DNA of 64,000 nucleotides from Camelus ferus (GCF_009834535.1 NC_045697.1:13828001-13892000); one strand, 5' to 3'. Numbered from the stretch's first letter, positions 37,492 to 51,650 are shown. Program-made: numbers and translations. Notes: generated from the sequence alone by a model not told the origin.

Positions 37492-38859
37492 TCCTCCTAA
37501 TACATAGGATTAACTTGGTCCATAAATGGCTCATGGACCCTAGAATTACCTGTTCCATCTGTCTGCTCATAGTCTGAAATTCTGACCTTAACTAAGAACT
37601 AAGAAAATTTTATTTTCTGAAAAGGTTAATAAATTTCTAGCTCCCATAGTTATAGAAAGTGAGGCAGTGTGCTTTGAGGACCCACTGCATGCAAAGCACT
37701 GTGATAATCAGTTTTAAGGAGGTAAGTCTATTTATTGTCCTTTCAGATAGTCAGTAAGATGATGAACATGCTATAAAGTACTTGTATGTTTAGCAGCATG
37801 GAGCACTTCCAAAATTCAGTTGTAGAGCTACCAGACAGCCTGGGGGAAAGATGCTCTATGCCAATTTCGTAGCAATTGGATATATACACAATAAAGCATG
37901 AGTGATTTTCCAGGGAAATCTTTGTAAAATTATGAAATCCTGCCCCACTAATGGGAGTGAGTCACCATTTACACACTGATTCTATGACTGCATCCTAATG
38001 GGAAGAGAATTCAGCTTTTATTAAGTCAAAGCCCTGTAATGCACCACTGAAACTAGATAAAAGAAGATTGTCACAATGATCCAAACACACACAAAGAAAA
38101 ATCCCAGTGCTTCAAACTCTGCACCAAAAAAGGACACACACAGAAGAAAACACTAGATTGTAAAAAACAGCAAGTTCCCTCACTGATCCAATATTCAAAT
38201 GCCAATTTAGTTGACATGAGGACTAAAGTGGATGTTTGCAGTGCGATAAGGCAATTCCTTTGAAAGGACTCTTACTCTAAAAGCTCAGACAGTCTAATTT
38301 CAGAATAAATTTATGTTAGTTCTTTTTCAAATGGAAGGATAGATATTCTGTCTCCAGCACTCCGTTCTTTCCTACAATACTTTGCATCATTGATCATATT
38401 CAGTAAAACAGAATTGATCATGAAATTTGAAAAAAAAATAGACATTTATTTTTCAACATTGCAAACAGTGAACCTTTTCTGATGTGATTGCTTAAATATA
38501 AGATATTATTTAAAATGAGCGTTTTTAAAGTCATTGTGTAAGAACTTTCACTGTCAGTATTCTGGACCCACTGCTGTTCCCTTGGAAGTAGGCAGTAGTA
38601 CCAACCCTGCTGCCACTCTTCTATAAATATTTACATTTTCTCAGTCAGCAGTAACTCACATGGATTTGATGTCCATTTCTTTCTATGCTGTTATATATCA
38701 GTCTTTCTTTTTGACAGGTAGTTCTTGTAATTTAAGTTCCTTTTCTGTTTCACTACTCATATTCTTTTCATCAGCATCATGCTTGGCTTGACCTTCAAGT
38801 CATCCCATAAGCGTATTGCAGAGAGCTTGAGATATTTTGTTGACTTCGATCCCATGATT

Positions 38860-39310
38860 AATTTATTCATTCTTCAACTCAGTAAATACTTACTGTGTGG
38901 CTTCCATATCCAAGGCACCCTCTTCTAGGTGCTGAGAATATAGAATAAAATTGTTTTTAAAACCCAGAAGCCCAGCTTCCATAAGGCTTAATTCCAATGG
39001 GAAGAAATATGCAATAAACTAATAAGTGAAATTTGTGAGGTGTCAGATAATAAGCGCTCTAGAGAAAAATAAAGCCGAGAGGGGAGACTGTGCAGGAGGC
39101 AGGTGAGAAGAGGCTTGCAGTACTGAAAAGAATTAAAGGAAACATCAGAAATAAAATGACATTTGAGCAAACACTTGAAAGAAGTGAAAAAACAGGGCAG
39201 TAAGTTCTCCAGGGGAAGAAGATTCTATACCCAGGAAACAAATACAAAGAACCAGGGGCAGGAACATTCCTGGGGGGTTCAAGGAAGAGCAAAGAATATT
39301 TAGCCTGAGT
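38860..39310 (-). mobile_element. L2 3' region
   Basis: atttattcattcttcaactcagtaaatacttactg...aggtgctgagaata...gacatttgagcaaacacttgaaagaagtga. Confidence 0.8.
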
Positions 39311-40479
39311 AACTTGAATGATGGACTCACAAAGAGTAACTTGACTGAGTAACTCACACAGAGACGAGTCTAAAGGAGGGTAGGGCTTGCAGCGGGGGTG
39401 AGGATGCTTCAGTTGAGTATTCTATGTGTTTATATTTCCCATCTGTCCCTTCAAAATACTTTACCTTTATGCACTTCATAAATGATATGCTTTTCGTACA
39501 TTAGGAATTTTTCTATGCTGCATTGTCCCAGGTGTTAATACCTTCGGACTCCCAACAAGGTGAAATTCGCAAGTATTAGTGTCTAAAGGGACTCAAACGA
39601 CTGACAACAAATTTTTATACACATCAGATGGTTTCCAGTTTTTCTATTGCCATGAAATTGGAGGGGGTGCTAATACAGTTATTACCTAAAATATTATTAA
39701 AAGTGATTTGCGCTGATGGATCATTTCATTTGGAAGCATAGAGTTGGAAAGGCAATTGAAGAACCAAGTGACATTTTTTTAAGGATACCTCTCCTATTTC
39801 CAACCGTGTGAATGATATTCCCCAGGGAGCACACATATAACAATTGAAAAGAGGACTAGACTTGAAGCAGAGTAATAATATGTAACATTCACTGATGGAT
39901 ACATGAGCTAATAAGAAAGAAAGCTCCTAAAAGCATTAAGAAATGCTAGTGATTATACTGGAGAGGAAGGAAATGTCCCTGATTGTGGTGGGATAGGGGT
40001 TTCTATGTTGTGTAAGTGCTCAATTTTGTTTCCTGGATGGTTATTACATGAGTCTGCATTGTGATAAAATATTGAGCTGTACGTCTTTGTTTTGTGAATG
40101 TTTCTAAAGGTGTAATTCACAATAAAACGGCTTAAAATTATGGTAGGGTAAAATCCTGTGATGGGACTGCAAAGAAAATAATAGCCTGAGGAGAAGAGAG
40201 AATGGTTTGTAATGTCCTACTGCTAAAGAAAGCCACGTTCATGTGCTTTAAAATAGATAAAGGTATGTATCAAATTGCAGTAGTAGTAGTATTTCACTGG
40301 ATGCATTTATAAGTTTGAGGTCTTAGTTTTATGCAATGTGACTCTATTTAAACTAGATTGTCACTTACAACTTTTGCAAGGCTGTAACCAGCCTTAAAAT
40401 GAATATTTAGATGCCAATTTTTTTAAAAAAAGGAATGAGCAAAGAGATACACAGAAAGTTTGAAGACCACTGGTTTAGA

Positions 40480-41620
40480 GGTCAGGGGTACAAGAAAATA
40501 CAGCAAGGCATCCTGAGATTGAGCTGCCAAAAGAACCAAAGGAAAAGTAGGAGAGCAGAGTTCTCTGGAAGCACTGAAACAAAGGTGCTTCTACTAGGAA
40601 GGCATGGTCAGCTCTGACCAACACAATGCTGCTGAAAGTCGGGCTAAAATGAGGACTGAGAACTCACCACTGGATTTGGCAATGAATGGTCAGAGGTGAA
40701 CTTGACTGAGCACTTTTGGGAGAGTCATGGGCAAAAAGCCTCACTGAAGCGTGTTCAAGAGAAAATGTGAGGAGAGGAACTTAGGACAGCAAACATGGTC
40801 TAACGTTTCACAGAGTTTTTCTTTAAAGGGGCACAGCTGGAAGGTGACGTGAGGTCAAACAAGTTTTTGTTTTGTTTTTTTTTTTTAGTTTGTTTTTGTT
40901 TGTTTAGATAAGAGAAATTACAGCATGTTTGTATGCTGGTGGCAACAATCCAGGTAAAAGGGGAAAAAATTGATAATACTGCGAAGAGAGGGGGATTACT
41001 GGAGCTTTATTCTTGAGCAGGTGAGAAGAGGATGGTATCTCGAGCACAAGTGGGGGACTTGGCCTTCCTGGGAAGTAGTTCTTCCAGTGTAAAAACAGAG
41101 ACGGCAGATTATATGGACCGAGCTGGAAGTTAAGGAGCTGTGTTTTGAGGGTTGCATGGAAGTTCTGAGTATTTTTTTCAGTGTAATTGAAACAAGATCA
41201 ACATCATCTTAAAGTGAGAAATGAGGGGGAATTGTTGGGGGTTGAAGAGAGACTGGAAGATGTGAAAGAATCATCTGGAAAAGTGAGAGACTGAACAGAG
41301 TAAGGGCATGTAGGAGGGTCACTTGAGGTTAGTGACCATGAATTCAAAGTGATGCCCAGTAAACAGTTTGTTCTTTTCATCTTAGCCATCTTCAGCCATG
41401 TCCACCACTTTTCCCCAGCTCCAGATACAAGATGCAGTGTAGGCAAATACTGGACCTTGCTTAGCTTGAGGAAATTGTGAGTGAGTGATGAAAATGATGG
41501 TCCTGAACTCAGTGTAGGTAACGAGAAAGTTGATGACATGAGGAAGGTGAAAAGCAGTGGAAAGCTCCTAGAACCAATGGATGGATGATGCATTGTAGGT
41601 TCCAGTGGAATCAAAGCACT
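40480..41620 (-). mobile_element. L2 internal remnant
   Basis: aatgctgctgaaagtcgggctaaaatgaggactgagaactcaccactggatttggcaat; acttgaggttagtgaccatgaattcaaagtga. Confidence 0.7.
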
Positions 41621-42124
41621 GCTGAAATCTCCCTTTCCCATCCTCTTTTCCTGCCTCCCTTTTGCTTATGTATTTATTTGTTGCCTTGTTTTTTGTTTCA
41701 GTTCTAAATGGCCTTGAACAAGTTACTTAACCTCTCTGTGCCTCAGTTTCCCAATCTTTTAAATGGAGCTCACCTGTGTATACTGTAGTAAAGCTAAACT
41801 GTACTTTGATTGTAAGATATACATAAAGCACGTGGAAGAGGGCTTGGCATCCAGCACATGGTCTACACACGTTGGCTAGTGATGCTATTATAATCCATCC
41901 TTAATGCTTTTCCTTCTTTAAATATTTGTTACACTTCAACCGTGTTCTGGTCCCATGAGAGATACTGGATCACAAAGATGAATACAGCACAGGTTCTCTG
42001 CTTCCCATGAACTCACAATGCCACCAACACTAGGAGAGGTAACTGCATAGGGTGCTCTGAGATCGTACAGAAATACACACCTATCTGTGCCTGAAGCTGA
42101 TTTCTTGTGGATGAGAAGGAATTA

Positions 42125-42609
42125 GCCAAGTGGAGGATGCTTGATGTCCACATTCTAATCGTCAGAACCTGCAACGGTATTACCTTACATGTCAAAATGG
42201 ACTATGCAAATGTGTTTAAATTAAGGATCTTGAAATGGAGCTATTATGGTGAGTTCTCTGGGTGTGCCCAGTATAAGCACAAAAGTCATACAAGTGGAAG
42301 AAGAAGGCAGGAGAACCGGAGTCAAAGGAGGACACGTGACAATGGGGTAAGTCAGAGATAGATTTGAAGCTGCTACTACTCTGTTTGCTTGGAAGATGAG
42401 AAGAAATCACACACAAATGAATTTAAGCAACCTATAGAAGCCAGAAAGGCCAAAGAAAGATTATCCTAGAGCCTCCAGAAAGAATGCAGCCCTACCTACA
42501 ATTTGGTTTTAGGACCTCTGACCCCCAGAACTGTAAGATACTAAATTGTGTTGTTCTAAGTGACCAAGTTTATGGTGGTTCGTTACAGCAGCAACAGGAA
42601 ACTAATACA
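42125..42609 (+). mobile_element. MLT1D-like MaLR LTR
   Basis: gatgtccacattctaatc...ttaccttacatg...cctagagcctccagaaagaatgcagccct...gttacagcagcaacaggaaactaataca. Confidence 0.88.
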
Positions 42610-45600
42610 GTCCTACTTAGGATATTGCAGTCATTAAAAAGTTCAGAACAGTCATGAGGAGCATATTTGAAAATAGACAGCAGTAAACATCTCCTTGGAC
42701 CTACTGGACACAGAGAACCCTTTGAAGGCTTTTCTGAACCCATCTTTGAGATCAAAAATGATCTGCTTCTCATGGGAATCTCTAGGAGAGAATACCAGAT
42801 CTAATTTTTATACTTTGATGCTTCAAATATGGTAAACACATAAGTAGAGAAATATGACATTATGAGTTAATAAGCATTTATTGAATCACTGTGGTTCCTC
42901 AGACCTATATTAGCACTCGCACTGCTGCCTTCACTACACATGAACGGAAACAGCAGGGTTGAGAGCCCACACTCATATCCATTCCTGAATATGTTTGTCC
43001 AACTGCATGGACTGTAAAGCCAAACACAAATAATTACTAATTGAATTGCATTATCCATGCTTTGGAGTCCCTTCTTAAACGGAATAATGCAGAGTTATTG
43101 CATTTCCCTTACAGTTCATAAACAAGAAATGTGAGTGGAATATTGTTAGGTAAGTTATTCCAGTAGAAGATCATAAAATGCTACACTCTGTATAAAGTTA
43201 TAGGGGATGTACTTGGTCGCACTGTTGTAGTAAATACCAGGTGTAGGTATGAATTTCCCCTAGCAGTGTTCTAGTCCATGCTAATCTGCATATATCTTTA
43301 ATAAATTGCCAAACTTTATTCCTTACATAATAACTACTGCTTTGGTTTGAAATTTAATAGTTTAGAGGTTGAGAAATATCTAAACATTGCAAATAGCTTA
43401 ACCATCAGTCCACTAAGAGAGCAGTAATAAAAACAGCATCTGATTACCTGCTCCAAATGCTTCTATAAACACATTTTTTAAAACACTTTTTAAGTCTTTT
43501 CTAGCTGCTTTTCCCAAGTTGGACATTTTAAAAGTACACTAGAGTAACATGTTTTACTTAAGATGATGGGTCTAAATGTGCTTTTAGTGAAGAACTCTGT
43601 AAGAGTGGCATGACTCATACATTTGTGTTACTTTTTCACAGTGGAGTAACAAGACTTCTTGAGAGATGTGTTACATGAAGCTATTGCTTAATAAAAAGTG
43701 CTGGATAATTGATTCATTGGATTCTAGCTAGTGTCTTGGTCACATAGAAAGTATGATTTGGATTTAGGCTTGTCTTGTTTCAGGAGATGGAGCTGCCAGG
43801 GAGACTTCTAGCTTGGTTTTTTCCTTCATCCCTTTGCAATGTTGGTTTTGCAAAGGAGAGTCATGTCGGATATCTGCAAGTAACAAACTGTAACAGTCAT
43901 ATATTCCTAGAATAATAAAGTTTATCAAGTCATCCCCAAACTGGTGGCTCAAAATAGCAATTATTCGTCCGCACTCACGTATCTATGAGCAGCTGGGGAC
44001 TGGCTGCCTAGGCTTCGTGTCACTGGCCAAAGCAAGCCACATAGTCAAGGTCATTATCAATAGAATGAGGAAATATATACACTGTGTGCAAGCAGGAAGA
44101 AAAAGAAAGATAATATTTCCCAAGCCAAATATAAGCCAAAAATCAATTTATTGCAAAGTTATAGCATAGCTCAAAGGACCAAAGGAAGAGCTGAAGAATC
44201 AGATTTGTCAAAGAAAGATCATGGATCCAGGGAGGAACCAGAAGATAGCCTTTGCAGTTACTATTCACCAGGTGAATGAGCACCAATCATTTTCACTCTC
44301 TGTGTCTCTCCAATCAAGTTGAAAATTCCAAGGAGAGTGTATCTGTTGAGCCGTGGTTGGTTCATGTACCTGCTTCTTGGGTTGGTTAACAGGACTTGGT
44401 AATGTAAGCAAAGGCTCATTTTTATTTTATCTTTCCTATCTGCCATCTTGGATGCCATCATTTTAAGGAGGGTGCCGCTGGAGTTTGTAGGACTGACAGC
44501 CAGCTTTGTTAGGAGTTATAAAGGTAATTAGATCTTAGCTGTTTGTAGCTAATCGTAGAAAGTAAACTTCTGTCCTACCATTCTAGGAATGAGTCTGAAA
44601 TGAATCCTGAATGGTTGGGAGACCATGGGACAAGAGAATAATGATTTATATGAGGTAAATGCTGTCCTCACTGCTGGTGATAATGGTCATCTTTTCTCCA
44701 CTCGTATACACTGCACAGGGGAAGAAAACACCCAAATAAATATCGGAGTATCTTTCAGAAGAGTGTAAGGGATAACAGATGCAAGTAAGCAATGAACAAA
44801 TGTCACTATGCACAGCAAATAGCACCGTAAGTATGAACTTACCGAAATCTCTCCTGTCCTTTGAGATTTATGCAACAAACATACTACAAAAACTACAAAA
44901 AATAAGAGAATATATAATTCTAGACATTGGTAGAGAGGCATAGATGATAACATTGAATAAATCATGCATAAGTGTGCATGGCTGAGTTACTCACTCATAA
45001 CAACAATATTACAAAAATTCACATTAATTTAAAATAGAGATTTTATATGTATAAAATTAGATATATGTATATAGAGAGATTTTTATATATGTGTGTGTAT
45101 ATATACATATATAGAGAGAGAGACAGATGTGTTATGTATGTATGTTTGGGTACCATGAAAACAAACATATGTACCTAATGTGTAAAACATGATACTGATA
45201 TTTTTATGCTGGCAACTAGCTGGGCACTGATGCTAGAGTTACTTTTAATTTTGCTTTAAGTAAGTTTGACCTAAAACTTTTATTTTAAAATACATCATAA
45301 ATGGATTTATCATAAATGAAGCAAAATGGTAAATCTTTCTTTTCACCTTAATATATAATTTTGAATATTTTAGAAGAATAACTTCTTGAAAACATACTTC
45401 TGATTTTCAATGATTTTTCATTTTCTTTCAGTTAGGCTTTTAGGTGAAATGTCATATTTGTGCATTTTGAATAAGTTATGCTTTGTTTTTAACCCTTTAG
45501 AATGTACAAATTGTGATTATGATAGGAACAGATAACACAAAAGTACAGATCAGGGGAAAAAAAGATGTGGAAATCTTCAAAGGAGGTGCTTAAAATTTTT

Positions 45601-45912
45601 AAAATCTAGAAGCAATAGAAGTGAGCATACTCTTCTTGAGTATACGCTGCATAAAATTTATAAGTAAGGCATTATATTTTATTTACTTAATGAAATTTAC
45701 CTATCAAAACAGTAAAAATGAACAACAGGTCAGATAAAATCCCAACAACCTCATGTTTCTGAATAGCTGAAAATATAAATAGCCCAAAACAATGAGAATG
45801 GAAAAGAATTGTCCACGTCAAATTCACAACTCAGAAGAAACAAATACCACCTTTTAATGGTCTCTCTACTAAAGGATGAAGTAAAGTACATTTGTAAAAT
45901 AGGCAAAATTGA

Positions 45913-46176
45913 GAGAGTGGGAAGGGATAAATTGGAAGTTTGAGATTTGCAGATACTAACTACTGTATATAAAATAGATAAACAACAGGTTCATACTGTC
46001 TAGCACAGGGAACTATATTCAATATCTTGTAGTAACTTATAGTTAAAAAGAATATGAAAATGAATATATGTATGTTCATGTATGACTGAAGCATTATGCT
46101 GTACACCAGAAACTGATACAACATTGTAAACTGACTGTACTTCAGTAAAAAATATATTTAAAAAATTTTAAAAAAT
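45913..46176 (+). mobile_element. Camelid L1 3' fragment with TSD
   Basis: gggaagggataaattggaagtttgagatttgcagatac...acattgtaaactgactgtacttca; TSD aaaataggcaaaattga / aaaacaagcaaaattga. Confidence 0.88.
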
Positions 46177-47664
46177 AAAACAAGCAAAATTGAAAGAAAA
46201 AGACACAAATCTCTGGAGCAGTACTATGTTTCAGATAATAACCTTGGAAAACAGCTATCACATCCTCCTGACAGCATGAGAGTGTTTGTAGTAAAACACA
46301 ATCTAATTCAAATCAATGATTATTAATTTTTACTAGGTATACATGGCAGAAAAATTAGTATTTAATTTTACATTAAAATTATTTTAAATGGAGAAAAATT
46401 GTAGACATTGACATTTGTATTCTAAATCAATGGCAAAGAATTGCAATTACATTTACCTGTTCCCAACTAATCTTCAAGTCCAGCCTTGACTAATGAAGGT
46501 ATCCATGAGTGCAAACAAAAGTTTGTGATTAAAGAAACACAAAGTACTGCTTTCCAATACAAAATATAAATCACAAATGCAATTCCTAGTACTCAAAAGT
46601 CTGAGTAAATATTAATAAATAACATTCACCAAAGATAAATGCCAACATATTACTGCCAACACAAAAATAATAATATGTTTAATGTTAGCTTGTTTAATAA
46701 TAGCATGTTTAATATTAGCTGAGCATAACAATGTTTTTCATGGCACAAAAAGAACAATATTTATAAAAAGGAAAGCAGAAAGTTCAGTTTATTTGAAATT
46801 ATTTCCAAATTAAAAATAATGAGTTTTACCTTCTGGGATGGAAAAATAAATACTAGATTACTAGTTTACTGAGGAATAAAATAAGAAATTACAAATAAAT
46901 AAAAAGTAAATTCTATTCAATTCATTTGATTATAGCAGAGACAAAAGTTATATTGAACAACTAGTATTCATTATAATTATTGTTGAATTCCCAGAAGAAA
47001 ATAATAGACCTGAATTCATTGGTTTAAATCTAATGTACTAAGTATCCATTATGACTTAAGAACTAAAAAATAATTTTAATTTGCAGCATTGATTTAAAAG
47101 ATTTTCTATGCCTAGGACAACGATCTTAACATAATTAATAATTTAAAATGTATAAAAATCAGAATCTGGGACAAAAACCCTAAAACATGTACAGTATATA
47201 GTTAGATTTTGTTGCTAGGAGCCATGGCCATGACTTACTAATAGTAATCATATTCCTAAGAAAAATTTAAAGATTACATACAGTTTTTTAAAAATGTGCC
47301 CAAAGATGAGACAAATAACTTGATAAAGCAAATTAAAAATATCGACCTCATAAACATACTTGGACCCATGATAATAATGCCAACTAAATACTATTAAAGC
47401 AATTGGATTTGATTAGGTAAGATATGGGATGCTTTAGAACAGAGAAAAACTAACAGAAGACCCTCAAAGAGTGAATCATGATCTTAGGTGAAAATTTAAA
47501 CTAATAATGAACATGTGCTACTAAGTTATTTGTCATGAACTGTTGGCTGGTTAGCAACAAGGTTAGCAGAAGCTTACCAAACAAACAAACAAAAAACAAG
47601 AAAACTAAATTTGGCTGTTTTATGTTTTAAAAGTTAAAAATACGTATTAAAAATGTTTATATGT

Positions 47665-48110
47665 TTTTATTTTTTTTTATTGCAGTAGTCAGTTTACATT
47701 TTTGTGTCAATTTCTGGTGTACAGCATAATGTTTCAGTCATACATATACATACATATATTCCTTTTCATATTCTTTTTCATTATAGGTTACTACAAGATA
47801 TTGAATATAGTTCCTTGTGCTATACAGAAGAAACTTGATGTTTAGCTATTTTATATTTAGTAGTTAGTATCTGCAAATCTCAAACTCCCATTTTACCCCT
47901 TCCCACCCTCTTCCCCCACTGGCTGCCCAGTAACCATCAGTTTGTTTTATATGTCTGTGAGTTTGTTTCTGTTTTGTAAATAAGTTCATTTCTATTCTTT
48001 TTTATTCCACGTATGAGTAATATGGTATTTTTCTTTCTCTTTCTGGCTTACTTAGAATGACGATCTCCAGGTCCATCTATGTTGCTGCAAATGGCGTTAC
48101 TTTATTCCTC
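47665..48110 (-). mobile_element. Camelid L1 3' fragment
   Basis: Antisense of the same 3' UTR, extending to ccatctatgttgctgcaaatggc. Confidence 0.88.
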
Positions 48111-48264
48111 TTAAATCAGTAGAAACCACACATGAAATATGCAGCAAAAACAAAATTGCAGCAAAATATAAGACTTTAGAACAAGGAAATAAAAAATTTT
48201 TAGGCCTATAAAGGAGAAAGAACATTACAAATATCACCAATTTCTACAGAAACTACATGGCTTT

Positions 48265-49255
48265 TTTTTTCATAGACTCATTGAGATAATTTCACAACCA
48301 TAAAATTCACCCATTTAAAGCAGTCAGTTCAATGGTTTTTAGTATATTCACAGAGTTGTGCAACCATCACCATAATCTAATTTTGTCATATTTTTTGATA
48401 GCAGCTTTATTAAGATATAATTCACATACCATAAAATTCACCTTTTTAAAGTGTACAATTCAGTAGTTTTTAGTATATTCAGAGTTGTACAACCATGACC
48501 ACCATCTAATTCCAGAACATTTCCTCACTCTGAAAAGCAACCTCTTACCAATTACCAGTCACTGGTTATTTCTCCCTCCTCTCCTGCCCAACAACCTTTC
48601 TCCATCCCTGGAAACCACTAATCTACTTTCTACCTCTATGAATTTATCTTTCCTGGACGTCTCCTGTAAACGGAAATATGACCTTTTATGTCTGTCTTCT
48701 TTCACTAAACGCCATGTTTTCAGGTTACATCTTTGCTGTAGCATGTATCAGAACTTCACTTTTATGCCCCAGTAATACTCACTTGTATGGATATACCACA
48801 TTTTACTTATCCATTCATCAGCTGATGGACATTTGGGTTGTTTCCACTTTTTGGCTATGATGAATAATACTATTATGAACATTTGTGTACATGTTTTGTG
48901 TGAACATATGTTTTCAGTTGTCTTGGATATAGACCTAGGAGTGGATTGCTGAGTCATGATGTGATAATTCCATTTTAACTTTTTGGGAAACTGTCAAACT
49001 ATTTTTTAAATCAGTGGCACCTTTTTACATTCCCACAAGCAATGTATGAGGGCTCTAATTTCTCTGTATCCTCACTAACACTTGCCATTACCTGTTGTTT
49101 TGATTATAGCCATCTTAGTGTGTGTGAAGTGGTATGACTTTTGGCTTAAATTTTCATTTTCATAATGGCTATAATGATGTTGAACATTCTTTCATTGCTT
49201 ATTGGCAACTAGTAGATCTTCTTAGGAGAAATGTTTATTCAAATCTTATGCCCCT
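48265..49255 (-). mobile_element. L1MB-type LINE with duplicated 3' terminus
   Basis: ataattcacataccataaaattcacc...ttagtatattc...gagttgt(g/a)caaccat occurs twice (~48285 and ~48415); ORF2 C-terminal peptide KTCTQMFIIVLFIIAKKWKQPKCPS. Confidence 0.85.
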
Positions 49256-50599
49256 TCATAACTAGACTTCGTAAAATATTTATACTGTTGACTTGTATTT
49301 TTTGCCATTTTAAGATTAAGATATAGTGTCATGTTTTTTATCGAATAAATTTGACATCGTGTAAATTTAAAGTGTTCAATGTGTTACTTTGATAATTTAC
49401 ATATTATAGTATGATTGAAGTTATAGCAATATTTATTACAATACACAATTACCGTAAAGTATTTTTGTCTATATTCATCGTACTGTGCATCAGATCCTTA
49501 TGGTATATTAACTACTCATTGAAAGTTTGTACCTTTAAACAACATCAATTAAATTATAGTCTTGATAGAATAGAAATTTGATAAAATTGAAAAAGTATTG
49601 TTCTTTTTGGTTTGCCTTATACAGCTTTTAAAATTTCGAAAAAACTAAGTAATACAGATGGATCTATATATCACTTTAGAAAGATGATTAAGTTACTGTA
49701 GAAATTATAGTAATTCAATACACAATATCAAAATACTCTAAATATTTATATCATCTGATAATATATTGGTGAGACCCCTTTATGCTGTTTGAACATGGTA
49801 TGTTAAAATCCATAGTTTGTTTCTGAATTTAAATATTTAACAAAATTTGTTGGCAATTTCAGTTACTACTGCCTCTGCAGAGCAAAATTTTTCAGAGTTG
49901 AAATGTATGCAGGAAAAAAACTACCTAAACACATAAAATAATTTAATTTGGCATTACTGTCAGTGAAGCACAAATTATGAGAAAGAATTTATTATAACAA
50001 CATTACTTAAGGGAAAATAACTTTCCCTCTAAATATAGAATGTTTCATGAATTATATTCTCATCATTAATATAAACATCTCCAGCCCAACAACAAAGCAC
50101 TCCATCAGTAGCCATAATAATTAAAGCAGTGGTCTTTGTTATTTTTCCTTCTTTTAATCAAATGAAAAACACAGTTTTATACATATTTTTTAAATTTGCT
50201 GTATTTATGTCAAAGTCAAGATATGAGACTATGGTATATGTATTTAACAGTCTGTTAACTTCATTTATGGTTTTCAAAAATTTATACATGCCAATTTGTT
50301 CTCATGTCCCTAGACTGTTCTGATCATGGCTATTGTCAAAAATTTGTGAATGGATTATGATGATGTATATTTTGCTATTGTACACAATGAATCAGTGAAG
50401 GGAGGCTAAATATGAGTCTCTCACTCTTATCCTGGAGGGCCCAGGCTTGGCATCCATGATTCAGTTGAGAGGGAGAGGCATGGGCAGGAGGTAGCCAAAA
50501 AGCCCTGCCAATCTAAAAAGTCTACCTGGAAAACAAATATGGGCAGCTGTCACCACACGTTGCCATCTGAACCAAATAGATTAAAATCCCTAGAACATC

Positions 50600-51650
50600 A
50601 TGAAAAAATATTATTAAGAAAATACACTATCTGTACTAGCATATCCCAGAGAAAATATAAGCCCAAATTATAACTGTCTGAGACTGTGAAGACTAAAATG
50701 ACCCTTGGTTCTCCTCCTTTGGCAGGCACACAGCAGAGTGAGAAATGTACTCAGCACATCAGGAAAACAGATTCATCTCTAATGCCCACTGCAGATGCGG
50801 CAAATAGAGCAGAGAGCCAAAGATCATGGAGTAACGTAATGGACTTGAAACTTCTCTGGCAGAAAGCAAAATTAGGGACTAATCAAGGAACGTTTCCATC
50901 CCACTCTCACTTTCTACAGTGGGAGGTCCTCACCTCCTCTGCCTGGTAGGATTTCAGAATTGTTGTGGATCATATTAATTGCCTGCCGTGTGTCTTCTAT
51001 TCTTCCTGTCTCCAAACGGAAGTGCTTAATAGTTACTCTGTCCCTGATCTACTATTATATAGTTCTAGAGCATGGGTAACTTATCTTTTTAATTCATGAA
51101 TATCCAGAGCAAGAGAAATCATACTCAGATTTGGTGGGAGTCGACTGTATCATTCCCAAAGAACCTAGGCTTTGAACTTGATGCTGTGGTAAAATGAGAC
51201 TTTTGGATTGAATTCTTTGGAGAAGGGTTGAGTATTATTTTGCTTATAGGAAGTAGAGTGAGTTGAATATTTGGTGACCTCAAGGGCAGAAGGTGATAGT
51301 TTGTAATGCTGTTCACCAACTATTTCCAGCTTTCAGTCTCCTAAGCATCCAGAGGATAATACATCCTGTTCCGTGTGTTGTTGAGTGGATCACACGACCA
51401 GCTCTGGCCAGTGGGTTAAACTGAAAGCGGGATGTCACTTCTAGGATGGAGCTTTTCATTGTTGTGTAAGACTCAGTGATGACCAGAAACATTTGAGATA
51501 GTAGCTGCTCTATCAGCCTGAGTCTAGAGAGAGTGACCATGAAAAAACTCACAGCCAACACTCAACAGACATGTACATGAGTAAGAAAGAACTTGTGTCG
51601 TCATTATGAGCCATAAAGAGATGGGAGCTGTTTATTACATTAAATGTAGA
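50600..51650 (+). mobile_element. MaLR internal remnant plus MLT1I/J-like 3' LTR
   Basis: Purine tract aagggcagaagg precedes TG at ~51294; LTR motifs gaccagctctggccagtggg...gatgtcacttctagg...tgagtaagaaagaacttgtg. Confidence 0.65.

Noticed and set aside
46457..46600. Alternative transmembrane-looking frame (VLGIAFVIYILYWKAVLC...) for this exon
   Set aside because: Has two stops and its phase chain does not connect to the 43011 exon; the phase 2-2 frame fits better.
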